This document shows positions 34,103-45,776 of a stretch of 64,000 bases of DNA, one piece after another. The number at the start of each line of letters is the position of its first letter. The first letter of the stretch is position 1. The notes beneath the pieces are model-generated. The model ran no database searches. It was not told where the DNA came from and was given only the letters and a program-made list of their open reading frames with translations. The DNA comes from Pelagomonas calceolata (taxonomy: Eukaryota), in assembly GCA_918797485.1 (NCBI GenBank), contig CAKKNE010000003.1, positions 4,030,001-4,094,000 on the forward strand, read 5' to 3'. The translations under genes were made by a program, and so were the position numbers.

Positions 34103-35749
34103 TTAACGAATTCGCAGCGACCCCCCGGCAGCCATCGGCAGCACGGGATCGTCCTCGGACGAAAAGAGCCCGCGCTTCGCCGACGACTTGGCCGCGTCGA
34201 GCTCGGCCCGAACCACCGCCAGCTGCCGAAGGGCCGCGTCGCGCTCGCGGGCCAGGGCGAGGCCGTGGCGCTGGCGGTCGGCCGCGCGCGCGGCGTTTGC
34301 GGCCGAAGCCGCAGCCGCGGCGTCGCGTTCGATCTCGAAGCGGCGTTCCGCCTCTTTTCGCTCACGGGCCCTCGACGCGAGCGATCGCGCGAGGCTCGCC
34401 GCGTCAGCTCTTTGAGCCTCGCGGAGCTCCGCGAGCTCGGCCCGGAGCTCCTCTTCTCGACTCCGCAGACGCGCCTCCGCCTTTTCAGCTTTGGCCTTGA
34501 ACTCGTCGCGTTCCGCCGTCAGCTCCCGCACCCGAATCATCGCGGCGCGCATGTCCTCGTGGCCTTTGTCCCTCACTACTGTTTTCTTCGCCGCGGGCCG
34601 CCGTCTTCGCTGCTTGCCCTTCAGGACTAAGCCGAGGGCCAACACTAAAACCACAACGACGAACGACGGGCGCCTCTTGCGTCGGATCGGTTCTTCTTCG
34701 GAAGGTGGTGGAGGTGCCGGCGGCGGCGCGCCGAGCACGCGCAACGCCGCCGCCGCTAATACTCTTGCCTTCGCGTCGCTCGCGTCGAGCAGCCTTTCGA
34801 GCGGCAGCACGGCGTCGTGGTGGAACAATAGGCGTTCCCGGACTTCCGCGGAATCCGTCGCGAGCGCGTACAGCGCGCGCGTGGCCTCCCTTTTCGACTC
34901 GGCGTGGCCCCGATCTAGGACCCGTACTAATGCAGCTAGGGGCGGCTTCTCCTCGTTCAGCGCGTCGCGGGGGTCGGCCTCGGCCAGCGCCGCGAGCGCA
35001 CTCACAAGAGAGAACATGTCGTCGGAAGTAGCAGACGTCCTTTCTAAAGCTCGGGCTAACGCCGCGCCGCAGCCCGCGTCGCTCAGTTCGCGCGCTACAC
35101 CTTCATCAGCTGCCAGTGCGGTGACGGCGTCCGCGGCGCGTCGCCGCGCCCGAGGCGCGCCGAGCGCGTTCTTCAGCGCTTCGCCGGCCCCGGCCCGCGC
35201 CATCGACAGCGGCAGGCCGGGCAGGTCGGCCAACCTAGATAACGCCCAGGCCGCGTTGCCGGCTCGTATTTGCGATGCTTTTGTAGAGGTATCTCCGACC
35301 ATTTTTACGAGGGGCACGACGACCGCCGCCCGCGCCACGGGCGCCGCCACGACCAGTAATCCTGCAGCTACTTCCCGCGCGGCGTCGTCGTCGCGGTCGA
35401 GTAATGCGATGGCCGGTTCGACCGCACCTGCCCTTGTAACTTCGAGTCTCAAAGAAGTGCCGTGGCCGCCCACGTCCACCAACGCGCCGGCGGCGGCGAC
35501 CTTTGCTTGCAAGGAGGCGCCGTTCGTCAGCACTTCCACGAGATGTGGGGCTGCTCCTTCCTCGAGTATTCTCGCGGCGGCCCTCGGGTCCTCGTAGGAC
35601 AGGTCCTGGAGTCGACGCGCGGCTTGCGTTTGTTGCCGGCCGTCGCGCGACTGCAATTGGGTGAGGGAGCGGGCTACTTCGTCGCTTGCTGATGCGATGG
35701 CGCAGAGGCGGGCTGCCCACAGCATGGCAGCGGCGCCGCAACGGCGCAT
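34103..35749 (-). CDS. Armadillo-repeat protein with signal peptide, TM helix and coiled-coil tail
   Basis: GAAPHLVEVL, GAVEPAIALL, NAAWALSRLA; TM FVVVVLVLALGLVL. Confidence 0.75.
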   Translation of the reverse strand: MRRCGAAAMLWAARLCAIASASDEVARSLTQLQSRDGRQQTQAARRLQDLSYEDPRAAARILEEGAAPHLVEVLTNGASLQAKVAAAGALVDVGGHGTSLRLEVTRAGAVEPAIALLDRDDDAAREVAAGLLVVAAPVARAAVVVPLVKMVGDTSTKASQIRAGNAAWALSRLADLPGLPLSMARAGAGEALKNALGAPRARRRAADAVTALAADEGVARELSDAGCGAALARALERTSATSDDMFSLVSALAALAEADPRDALNEEKPPLAALVRVLDRGHAESKREATRALYALATDSAEVRERLLFHHDAVLPLERLLDASDAKARVLAAAALRVLGAPPPAPPPPSEEEPIRRKRRPSFVVVVLVLALGLVLKGKQRRRRPAAKKTVVRDKGHEDMRAAMIRVRELTAERDEFKAKAEKAEARLRSREEELRAELAELREAQRADAASLARSLASRARERKEAERRFEIERDAAAAASAANAARAADRQRHGLALARERDAALRQLAVVRAELDAAKSSAKRGLFSSEDDPVLPMAAGGSLRIR

Positions 35750-36151
35750 GGCGTGCGCCCCACGACTCGTGCGTGCGTTCGTTGCCGTGGTAGCGGCGCG
35801 CGGGCAGCCCGCGGGCGAGCGCTGGCCTCGGGAGAGCGCCGCTTTAACAGAGCCAGCTGGAACTTGCTTGCCTGCAGTGAGAGCGCTGGGGCGGCGACGC
35901 GCGGCCTGTGAGAGGGCTCGGGCGCGGAGCGGTGGGCCGGCCGACGGCTCTTTTCGGAGCTGTCGGGATTTTTTAAACGGTTTAGCTAGCGTAGCAAGAC
36001 ACTAGTTTTGCCCTGGGCCAGCTCGCGTCCGTGTCTTGCGGCAAACACGCATCGCTACGCGTGCGTTTAGCGCGACTCTCGCACGCCATCTATTGCCGCC
36101 GGTGCGAGCGCTTGCACGCATCCGACGCGTGAGCGCTGCACACGCCAGCGC

Positions 36152-36453
36152 ATGATATATACCATATTGCAAAAGGTCCCGGGCGGCCACGGCGTGCGGG
36201 TCTTCACGGGCGTCTGCCTCGTGCTAGGCATCGGCTGCGCTCCTGTCCTGTACAAGAAGACGCGCGCGGGACACGACTACTTCTCGAGCGAAAAACCGGA
36301 GGCGGTCGAGCGAGGTACTGTCAACGGCGTCTGACTTCGCGTCGCCCGCACGCCATCGACGCGACCCGGGAACGCGCCGTCACCGCGTCTCGCGCAGGCC
36401 TCGAGGCGAAGCAGAAGGAAAAGTACGCCGACCTGATCAAGCGCAATGGCTGA
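36152..36453 (+). CDS. Small single-TM protein; intron 36315-36397
   Basis: Splicing gives MIYTILQK...EKPEAVERG|LEAKQKEKYADLIKRNG*. Confidence 0.65.
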
Positions 36454-36871
36454 GTGCGTCCTGTCGCTGATCGTCGCGGAGACCGTGCAGCGCTCGACGA
36501 ATCAGGAGAAGCAAGGGTACGACACTGGGTACCGCTTCGTCGAGCAGATGTCTGAGAGACGCCTAGGCACGGACCCGCTGGAAGTGATGAAGTTCCTCTG
36601 CAAGGAGCTCTGGTTCGGCATGTTCGGGAAGCAGGTTGATAAGCTGCAAACAAATCACCGGGGCGTTTTTGTTTTGAAAGACTTTCAGTTCCGGTGGCTG
36701 TCGCGGGTGTCCTGCGCGGACCTCGAGGCGAAGGCGGCCTACGAGGAGAAATTGCTGAGGTACGCGTGTGGGGTCTTGCGGGGCGCGCTGGCGAACCTCG
36801 GTTTGGAGGCCGCGGTGACCGCCAACGCGCAGGCGCCGGCGTGCAGCTTCTCCGTTCAACTGAAGACCTAG
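36446..36871 (+). CDS. TRAPPC6: TRAPP complex subunit 6 (Trs33)
   Basis: GYRFVE, LEVMKFLCKELW..FGKQVDKLQTNHRGVFVLKD, CGVLRGALANLG. Confidence 0.93.
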   Translation: MAECVLSLIVAETVQRSTNQEKQGYDTGYRFVEQMSERRLGTDPLEVMKFLCKELWFGMFGKQVDKLQTNHRGVFVLKDFQFRWLSRVSCADLEAKAAYEEKLLRYACGVLRGALANLGLEAAVTANAQAPACSFSVQLKT

Positions 36872-36919
36872 CATCGATGGCGTTGCGATCCGCTGTAACA
36901 ACATGTGTCCCTAATACTC

Positions 36920-37246
36920 CTAGCCACGCCGTCGCCCGGGCTTCGGCGCCGTCGAAGCCGCAGCGACGGGCGGCGGCGGCGCCCGGGGCATGGCGTTCGT
37001 CGCCCCGTACGACGTCGACGCGACGGCCACGAGCTCGACCGCCTCGTCGCCGGCCGAGTCGACTTGACAGCCGAGCCGGCGGAGGCAGCGCGCGATGGCG
37101 ACGCGCTGGCTGCGCTCGTGTTTTCGGGCCGCGTCCTGGGACGCGGCGACGGCGGCCGACGAGGTCTCTTCCAGCGCCTCGCGGTGGGCCGCCGAGCAGC
37201 GCGCCAGCACAGCGTCGATGCCAGACGCGGTGTGAGCCTGAGCCAT
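36920..37246 (-). CDS. Hypothetical small protein
   Basis: 108-aa ATG ORF with coding-like composition. Confidence 0.4.
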   Translation of the reverse strand: MAQAHTASGIDAVLARCSAAHREALEETSSAAVAASQDAARKHERSQRVAIARCLRRLGCQVDSAGDEAVELVAVASTSYGATNAMPRAPPPPVAAASTAPKPGRRRG

Positions 37247-37899
37247 TTATGTAATTGGCTTATTAGCAGCAGTGAGCTATGCAACGCCAATGTAGCACGT
37301 ATGCGAGGCGTGTGGCGTATGCGGCACGTATGCGCCGCATGCAGGCAGATGGGCTGTGAGGCTCTCCGTAGTAAGGCCTTGGTAAACGCCCTCGAAGAGC
37401 TCTGATTTCGGCAGGTATCGCGATATCCACAGCACTAGAGTCCCTGCCGACACCAAGCCCCACCTCAAAACCGTGCAATGCGTCAATTGCTCGAGCAATA
37501 CTTAGGCTGCAGCTAGCTAAAAGACTCTAGCACAGTCGTTCCCGACGCGTCCGATCCCGGTGGACAAGACCTCGGAGAGAGCTCGGCAAGCCACGAGTTG
37601 AGCCGATAGCCCAGGGTTTAAAGGTACGGGGTACGAGCCAACGACGATCAGCGCGGCGCAAAGCTCGCACAGCGGCGCCGTCGGGGCGTTCGGCAGCCTC
37701 GCATCGCAGGCGCTGAGGCCGCACGCGTGGCCTCGGGACGCTGCCCCAGTTCGGGCAGCGGCCGCGCCGAGGAGAGCAGGCAGCCCCCAGAGTGCTGGGC
37801 AGCAGGCCTTGGGACCGCGGGCGCGGCCTCGCGTAACGCGCACACCGGTAGACCGGCGGCCCCCAACGAACGAAGCCCGCCCGCCGGCCAGAACAAGTG

Positions 37900-40800
37900 A
37901 TGGGCGACGCACCGGCGGCCGACGCCGGCGCCGACGCCAATGCGGAGGACAACAAGAACAAGCTGAAGAAGAAGAAGAACGAGCCCGAGAAGAAGGAAAA
38001 ACTTGTGATTCACGGCCGGAAGGACGAGGATATTCTGGGGAGTGCGTACGTCAAGAAATATCGAAGGGACGACCCTACCGATTGGTCGCGCTATGCTGAT
38101 AATCCTAGAGGCATGCTGAACCGTCGAAGACTGACGCGGGAAGAGCGGCGACGCCAATTTACTGTCCAAAACGTGGTCGGCGACCCCCGGGAAACGGCTC
38201 CCAGGAATTTTGATGCCTTGTTCGAGGAATCCGACAACCGCCTCACGAAGCCCAAAACGGTTACCGAGGCGTTCCGCCTGAGAGTACTGCGCGTCTGCGG
38301 TGGCCGGTGGTGGGACCGCATGTACCTGTTCAATCTCGGCTGGGTCCTTGTACTATTCTGAGTGGAAATCAAAATTTCACGGCGCGTTCGTGCTGCATCG
38401 TCGCGTCGACCCCCACGCCATCGGCGCGACGCCTGCTCGATAGCGTGATGGTGCTCGTTCCTCACCGCTCGACGGAGCCAGCACGGCCGCGTCGTCGCCG
38501 AGAAAGGACTTGGTGAAGAATTGTCGGGTGCGCCCGACACACACTGGTTGATTGCCACACAGGTACTATTACCGGCGGCCATGGAGGACGACTTCGGCCT
38601 GGGCTGCGCGGCGGGCCCCCACCATAGGCGAGGGGAAGATGGCAGAGTGTGGCATTTCACGAAATCCGAGAAGTCGGAATATGAATATACGGCTTCGGCA
38701 GGAGCAGGGGACCCGAAGGAGTGCCAGGTGCTGTGGCCGCCGTTACTGTTCATGGTCGCCTGTACCATACCACCGATCATCGGCGCCGTGTTCCTGCGGT
38801 TCACGTCGTTCTCTTACCTGAAATCGATGCGGGACGAACGAAGGTACTGGTCGGCGTTTTTCGTGCTATGCCTGAAGATGCTCGCGCAGCGACCGAGCGT
38901 CCCAAAAGAATTCCACGAGGCGGCCGTCAAGCTCTATCAATCGATCAAGGCCGGTGGAAAATCACTGGTCGAGAGGATGAAGAACCCCCCGGCGAAAATA
39001 ACTCCCGTCGAAGCACCCATAGATTGTGAAGAAGCCCCGGCGCCCGGTGCGGCTCCACAAGTCGTCGAGAACGAAGACCCTTTACTAGCAGCAGCAAGAC
39101 AGCGCAAGAGCATCGAGGATTTAGAGGAGGAGGCCGTGCGCCGCGCCGAGGAGATGCGCGCGTCGCTGGAAAGCATGGAGGGCGAGAAGGTCGAGTGGCG
39201 CTGCGTCGCTTGTGGCAGACGGAACAAGGCCCCGCTCCAGGTCAAGTACGACGAAAGGTGCGACATCATCGTGCATCGAATCCGGCGCAAGGCGGCCGGC
39301 GACGACCGCATCCGCGCGACGTTCCGAACGGAGCGGTATAGGCCGACGTGCACGGTCTGCCAGACGCCCATCGACTACCGCATACGACCGTCGAACGCTG
39401 CGTCTTTCCACGAGCCGGAAGGCGACGCCCTGCGAGCCTTTACGTTGCTCGCGGCGGCGCGCGCCGCGCGCGACAAAGAAAAGGAGGAGGAGCGCCTCCT
39501 CATGCTCCAGAAGAAGAAGGAGGACGCGCGTAAATTGGCGATCGCGCAGGGGCGCCTCGCGCCGGCCGGGAGTCCTGCGAACATTCTCGCGAAGACCAAC
39601 GCGCTGTCGATGTTCTCCTCATCAATCGCGTCGACGGACGACGAAACGCTGGACTCGATGAACGCCACGCTGAACACGGATACGGAGCGGGCGGCGTTGG
39701 GTAGTGTCCTCGTCGAGGGCAAGCAGAGCGAGAGGCCGTCGCAGGACGAGCGACCTGGATCGGCGGGCACGGACGACTCCGACGACGCCGCCGCGTATGT
39801 CAGAAGGATGATGGAAGCGCAAGAAGCGGTGAATCGACGATTAGGTCCGATCAAGTACGTCTGCGACAAGCTGCGAGCGTGCTGGAACGGCGTAGTAGCA
39901 GCCTTCTCGCCCCAAGTGAAGGATGTTGATGGAATGCTCTTTAATGATTGGTCCTTCAAGAAGAAAGTGAAGAAATTCAAGCCGGTGCCGGACCGGAGGT
40001 CAGTGACTCAGCGTGAAAAATGCACTTGAACTTGACGTGGTCGCGGCGATGGCGTCTTCATGAGACCGCGTCGCCTCGACGCCGTCGACGTGGCCGCATG
40101 AGAGTCTATGTGTCTCGTGAGAAAGCCGCGACAGCGTCCGTTCCACACAGGATGCTCGAAGAGGGCGAACGGTACTGCGTCGGCGACGAGGTCGAAAGCT
40201 TCGAGCACATGCCGACGTGGTACCCCGCTACTGTGACCAAGTATAATAGCAATGGTAGTTACGTCATCAGATTTCACAACGGCGAGGAGGCCGACGCCGT
40301 GCCGAAATCCAAAATCAGGTATCGCATCCAACCGCCGATTACGGGCCTGCAACAAATTGTATCTGGCTCATTTTTGATATTCTTAGTCGTGGAACCGGCC
40401 TGGCTCTGCTTGTTTGCTTCCAATCCAACCATAAACGGCGATGCGTGGTGGGAGGCCGCCGCGACGGTCATCTTATTGCCTTTGTTGCTCATAGCGTTGA
40501 TCTGGGTCGTCGCTATACTATTGCAGATGCTTTTGCTGTATTTGCGAGATGGCAGGGAAGCGGGGCCTTGCTTAATCATCAAAATAGCGATGTTCTATCT
40601 GTCGGCACCTTTATTTTTACTCATCTTCTGCTGCGTCGCGCTGAACGGCCCCACAGCTGGTACAACGGGCGGCGCCTTCCTCGCCGCGCTCATTTTGAGC
40701 TTTGTGGGCTTTCTCGTCGCGGTGGCGTCGGTGGCATCGACGGTCAAACCCATGTACGCGTACTTGACCATGGTCGGCGCCGCACCTCTACTATTATTCT

Positions 40801-41525
40801 TGATCCTCATCAGTTTATGGTGCGCCCACGACCCGCGGGGGCGGTGGGTGTCCTTCGCCGGGTCCCAGACAGATGACGACGGGCCGTTGGGAGTGTTACA
40901 TGGTGCGCGGGAAGGCAATGAGGAGAGTGCCCCTCCAGTACTCCTGGAGGGCTACCTCTACGTCATGTTCATACCCGCGTTCTTTACGTATCGGTTGTGC
41001 TGGTGGCTGTTCCACAACTTGCCCCATTTGTGGGACGCGAATTTTGCCCCTCCCGAGGACTGGCGGGAGGAGAAGCGACTGAAAGCTTTACGGGGTCAGA
41101 AGAGGTGGAAGCAATCTAGATTGCGGTCGTCGCTGTTTGGTGGTTTAGGCGGCTTGGCCGCGGGCCGGTCTCCAGAAAAAAAGTCGCTGCGCGCTTTAGC
41201 TTTCGAGGAGACGAAGGAGGCGCCGCCGGAGGCCGAGGCGCCGCCGTTCCCCGTCGAGGAACGTCCTGCCACGGCGGCGTCGGCGCCGTCGCGGCCCGCA
41301 ACGCCAGCTGTCGACGAGGCGGCCGACGAGGCCGATGAGGCGGTCGAGTCGGCCCACGAGTCCGTCACGGTGGCGACGGAGGAGACGCCCGCGGACGACG
41401 CGCCCGCGGCCGATGATGCGGCCGGCGAGGCCGAACAGGCGGCCGACGAGGGCGCCACGGTCGCGACGGCCGACGAGGAGGCGCCCGCGAGCGACGGGTT
41501 CGTGGCGCCGGATGTGGAGGAGTAG
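37900..41525 (+). CDS. Large multi-TM protein with zinc-ribbon and Tudor-like segments; introns 38350-38562 and 39999-40150
   Basis: Three ORFs joined in frame by GT-AG introns; WRCVACG..CTVC; GDEVES..WYPATV..YVIRF. Confidence 0.75.
38350..38570 (+). mobile_element. Introner with perfect 8-bp TSD (gtactatt)
   Basis: gtactatt|ctgagtggaaatcaa...ttgattgccacacag|gtactatt. Confidence 0.92.
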
Positions 41526-41575
41526 TTCGTGTGTTGTGAGACTAGTTTATTCTACCCGCCTTCGGCCTTACTCGC

Positions 41576-42918
41576 CTAGCGCCCGTACGCCTTCTTCTTG
41601 GCCTGCGCGGGGGCGCGGCGTCGCGCGACCGCGGCGCGTGGACTCTCTCGCATCGAAGCGTCGCGGCGGCGGGGCGACGCGAGCGCGCGTCGACGGCGGG
41701 TCGCGGCGCCGTCGAGCCTCGACGCCATCGACGCGCCAGTCCCGCTTCACGCCATCGCCGCATCAACGGACGCCGACTCGCACCTTCTTTTCTGCACGAG
41801 ATAGCTTTTCCTTGGGCTGCTTCTTGGTGGAGACGCCGGCCTTGGCGTGCAGCGCCGCGGACGCTTTTTTGTCGAGCGTCGCGACCGCTCCTTGCACATC
41901 GTCGACCACAACTCTGAACAGTGTTCTCGGCCCGTCGACGCAGCCGAGCTCGCGCGCCGCGGCCCGCGTGCAGACGTGCGACGCGACCCAGTCCGAGCAC
42001 TCGAAAACTTTCTGGTCCAGACACGCGTAAAATTGCACGTCGCTATCACCTAAATCCTCGTCGGCGACGCCGAGCTTGGACGGGCACGACGCCCAGCCGT
42101 CTCCATCACGAACGCGCGTCCACTGCTCGCTCTTCCCCTTGGTCTTGAGGTTCTTGACCCACCTTTCTATAGTCGTGTCCGTCCTTCGTAAAGAAGCCAA
42201 GGACCACACTTTTGTGTTGCGCGGGAACCACTTGCCCGTGTCCGGGCAGAACAACATGGTCGTCCGCTTGCGTTCGTCCTCGGCGTCTATCTTTTCAGCG
42301 GCCGCGCTGTTCGAGGTCCTTAAATGCGCGTCGACGTCCTCGATTGTCGCAGGGGAGGCGAAGGTCGATAATACGAGCCACAGGAGGCGCCAGACCTTAC
42401 CTACTCCACTCACGGCGCCGGCGTCGGGCGAGAACCTGTGCATAAATCAACCAGTGAGTCGATCGAGCAGGTCATGATTCAGCAGTGGCGAGAAGCGCGC
42501 GACAATTTGATTTATGCACTGGCGAGAACGGTCTCAAAAACAGCAAGACCCGGGCGAAGCTTGACAGGGGCGGCGGCGGCGGCGGCGCGGCCTCCTCCGC
42601 CGCCGTGGGCTGGGGCGCCGGCGCCGGTTCTTCGACGGCTTCTTCCTCCTCGGCCTCCTCGACGGCGACGGCCCTCCCTTTGTTGTTCCTTCGCTCCATC
42701 GCCAACCGCGCGCGCTCGGCGACGGCGGCCCGCTCGGCGCGTTCCTGCGCCTCCTTCTGCTTCTTGGCCTCGCGCTGGGCGGCGGCCTTGCGCTGCCGTT
42801 CAAGCCTTTCTTCCTCGGCCTTCTCCGCGGCGGCGTCGTCGACGGCGTTCTCGGTCGGCGCGCCTAGACTGGCAAAGTAGTCGCCGTCGTCCTGCTTCTT
42901 GCGGTTCTTCTTGCCCAT
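41576..42918 (-). CDS. Hypothetical protein (coiled-coil N-terminus); introns 42436-42529 and 41603-41783
   Basis: MGKKNRKK start; in-frame joins FLRP|FSPD and AEKK|AKKKAYGR*. Confidence 0.7.
42428..42529 (-). mobile_element. Introner with perfect 8-bp TSD (gcgagaac)
   Basis: gcgagaac|ctgtgcataaatcaa...ttgatttatgcactg|gcgagaac. Confidence 0.92.
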
Positions 42919-43157
42919 TCTTGCGGTCGCGGCGTATGGACTGCAGTGAGAGCTGTTGTTGCTGTCTGTCAAAGGGCGGCGTCGCGCGCGCGGTGCCGGT
43001 TCAGAGCTGGCGTGCGAGGCCTGGGCGTGTCGTGCAGCAGCCCCGATGGCGGCTCTGATCGATTGGAGCGCTCTGCGGCGAGCTCAAGTACGAGCCTCGA
43101 GCCAGCATCGACGCAGAGCTTGGCTCTGCCTTTGAGAAACAGCCGCGAGCCGTCACA

Positions 43158-43718
43158 ATGATGAAGACGGCGGTCTTAGCAGCCGCAGCGATTGTGAAAC
43201 CCAGCGTGGAATCGATGTGCCGCCTCCCGCTCGCGACGCAGCGCTTCCCCTGGACCAAAAACCGCCTGGCGCGCTCTCTCTGACGGACGAGCCGACGCTC
43301 TGCTCCCACGACGTCGAGGCTCCGCTGCGAGGAGCCCTCGGTCGCGCCGCCGCCGAGGAGGGCGTTCGTTGAGCGGTATGTGCGCGCAGGTCTCGGTCGA
43401 CGCCTTCGCGCCCGCGGCACGATCACTCCGCACCGATGTGAGGCGCCAAGTCTTCCAGCAGGACCCGGACCAGAAGCGCGGGCCCGCGTCCGGACGCTCG
43501 GTCGACGTCTCGCGCGCGCCGACCCAAGACGCCGTCGACGCGCGCCACTCCGCAGGCCCCTCACGGCGGCGAACGAGCCCGAGGAGTTCTTCGCGAGCGA
43601 CTTCGAGTCCATGGCCCCCGAGGAGAAGCTCAAGGACCCGCTGGTGCTGCTCGGCCTCGGCTCCATCTTCCTGCCCTTCATCATGATATTGGGGTTTCAG
43701 GCGACGGGTGTGATATGA
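43158..43718 (+). CDS. Small plastid-targeted single-TM protein, two predicted introns (about 43194-43389 and 43443-43555)
   Basis: MMKTAVLAAAAI|VSVDAFAP..|PLTAANEPEEFF..DPLVLLGLGSIFLPFI. Confidence 0.55.
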
Positions 43719-43733
43719 TCTAGGCTAGTCGTG

Positions 43734-44585
43734 TTACCTAAGAGTTAGCGCTAGTAACGCGCCGACGAGGGGCACGGAGACGTTGTCGTCGACGTCCGTG
43801 AGGAGGACCTCGACCAAGGCGCAGATGACCGATATCGCGACGAGAGGTGCGAGGGGCGCCGGGAACGCGAGCCATCGCAGTAAACCCATTGACGCGACCG
43901 TCGCGCCGAGGACAAAGGCCAAAGAGCCGGCGTAACTCTTCTCGGGGTTGCAGAACCACTTCTGTCGCCCAAAGCGCCTCCCTATTATATCTGCCAAGCC
44001 GTCGCCCACGGCCATTTGAGCGACGGCGACGATGGCGGCCGGTGTCCGGAACGCGAGCAACGCCGCCAATAACAGGACCCACGTATAAACGTAGGGCCCG
44101 CCGAGCACTTCCGACGGGTCGCCGGACCTAGAAATCGCCCGCGAGAGCTCGTTGTCGTCCTGGGCTGCCTTCTGCAGTTTGACGATATTTAGTGCGGGCA
44201 CCAGAGCTGCGATTACGCGAGCTAAAGCTGCATCGGAGTAGAACCGCCACACCAACAAGTACAAAGGACCGCTCCCGCAGTGCACGATTTTTCGCGCTAA
44301 TTTAGCATCAATGACACCTCGCTCCGCCAGAGTCGTCCAGACCTTGATCCAGGCCACGGCGCCCGCCGCGGCGCCCGCGGTGCAGCCCGCGTCGTTTATG
44401 AGTTGAGCACTGCTCTCGTAGAGTGCAATAGTCGGTATGGCCGCAAGCGCGACGGCCTTCGTGGTCCGCGGTCGCCGGAGCGGCGTCGTCCGGACGCGCG
44501 GCGCGGCGGCGACGAAGCCGCCTCTTGCCGGGACGCGGCGCGCCGTCGCCGCGGCCGCGAGCGCGAGCAGGTGCATGCATGCCAT
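43734..44585 (-). CDS. VTE5: Phytol/farnesol kinase (VTE5-like)
   Basis: LARKIVH, SRSGDPSEVLGGP, GDGLADIIGRRFG, KSYAGS, DDNVSVP. Confidence 0.9.
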   Translation of the reverse strand: MACMHLLALAAAATARRVPARGGFVAAAPRVRTTPLRRPRTTKAVALAAIPTIALYESSAQLINDAGCTAGAAAGAVAWIKVWTTLAERGVIDAKLARKIVHCGSGPLYLLVWRFYSDAALARVIAALVPALNIVKLQKAAQDDNELSRAISRSGDPSEVLGGPYVYTWVLLLAALLAFRTPAAIVAVAQMAVGDGLADIIGRRFGRQKWFCNPEKSYAGSLAFVLGATVASMGLLRWLAFPAPLAPLVAISVICALVEVLLTDVDDNVSVPLVGALLALTLR

Positions 44586-44980
44586 CGTTCCGACCGCGCA
44601 GGCTCGCAGGCTCGGCGACGCGGCTTGCACGTGGTCGGTGCCTACTTTGAGTACTACGGTCAGAGATGCCAAGCGCTACAAGCGGTTGCAGGCGGGCGGC
44701 ACGGTGGCAGCCGTGGGCCTATTGCAACTTCAGACTAACTTGGGCAATCGCGGCGATGTTGAAGGCGCGAGCCGCGGCCAGAGCTAGCGTCCAGTAACAC
44801 ACTAGGCATCCCTAGCAAGCAAGCAAGCAATCTGCAGTCCTCTACCTTCTCCGGAGCTCGCAGCGCTCGCCAGTGAGCTTCCAGTGGTCGTGCCTACTCG
44901 AGCGTGGCAAGAAACGGCGCCTCGACCGGCTCCTCGAGCGCTGAGCTGCCCATTGTGCCAGCGCCAGCCTGCGAGCAATC

Positions 44981-45625
44981 ATGTACCGAGCCGCGAAGCG
45001 CTTCGCGACGCCACAGCGGTGGCGAACGAGACGGCTGTCCGGCTGGAGCACGACACCGGAAGTCGCCGCCCTCTCGGCGTGTCTCGAGCGCCACGGCCTC
45101 ATAGCCGAAGCTGTACTCGACTCGTGCGGCGCCGCGGCCTTCGCGGACGCGTGCCCTGCGATCGGCGCGTCCGTCGGCGCCCACCTCCGGCACTCGCTCG
45201 AGCACGTCCAGTGCTGCGCGACCGCCGTCGAGAGCCTGCGAAACGGATCGCGCACGCCAATTTTGAATTACGACGGCCGGGAGCGCGACGCCGAACTGGA
45301 ACGAGACCCGGCGTACCTGGCGGCGCGGAGCCGGGAGTTGTTGAATGGTATTGTCGACGGCGACGGCGTCGACCTCGACGCGGAAGTGCTGGCCGCCTTC
45401 GCGCTCGACGCCTCCGGCGACGACGCTTTGCTCCCATCAACTCTACGACGGGAGCTCGCCTTCGCCGCGCACCACGCGACGCACCACTTCTTCGTGGCGG
45501 GCCTCGTCGCGAAGTCGCACCTCGGGCTCGCGCTGCCCGACGACGTCGGCCGCGCGCCGGCGACGCTGCGGCACGACCGGCAGTCTTCTTCCTCGACGGG
45601 GGCGTACGTCGATGTCGGTGGGTAG
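44981..45625 (+). CDS. DinB/YfiT-like metal-binding protein
   Basis: SVGAHLRHSLEH, NYDGRER, RELAFAAHHATHH. Confidence 0.8.
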   Translation: MYRAAKRFATPQRWRTRRLSGWSTTPEVAALSACLERHGLIAEAVLDSCGAAAFADACPAIGASVGAHLRHSLEHVQCCATAVESLRNGSRTPILNYDGRERDAELERDPAYLAARSRELLNGIVDGDGVDLDAEVLAAFALDASGDDALLPSTLRRELAFAAHHATHHFFVAGLVAKSHLGLALPDDVGRAPATLRHDRQSSSSTGAYVDVGG

Positions 45626-45776
45626 GCTTTCGCTTGCTAGTGTGTCTGTGTGTGCGCTAGGTCTGGTTTTGCGCGGCTGCTGCCGTGCTGCGAACCGGTT
45701 CAATTGGTTGATTGGTTCGACGGCTGCCAAGCTCTCTCAGCACCACTCCTGTGCGCACGGCAGCACCTCGCAAGCC

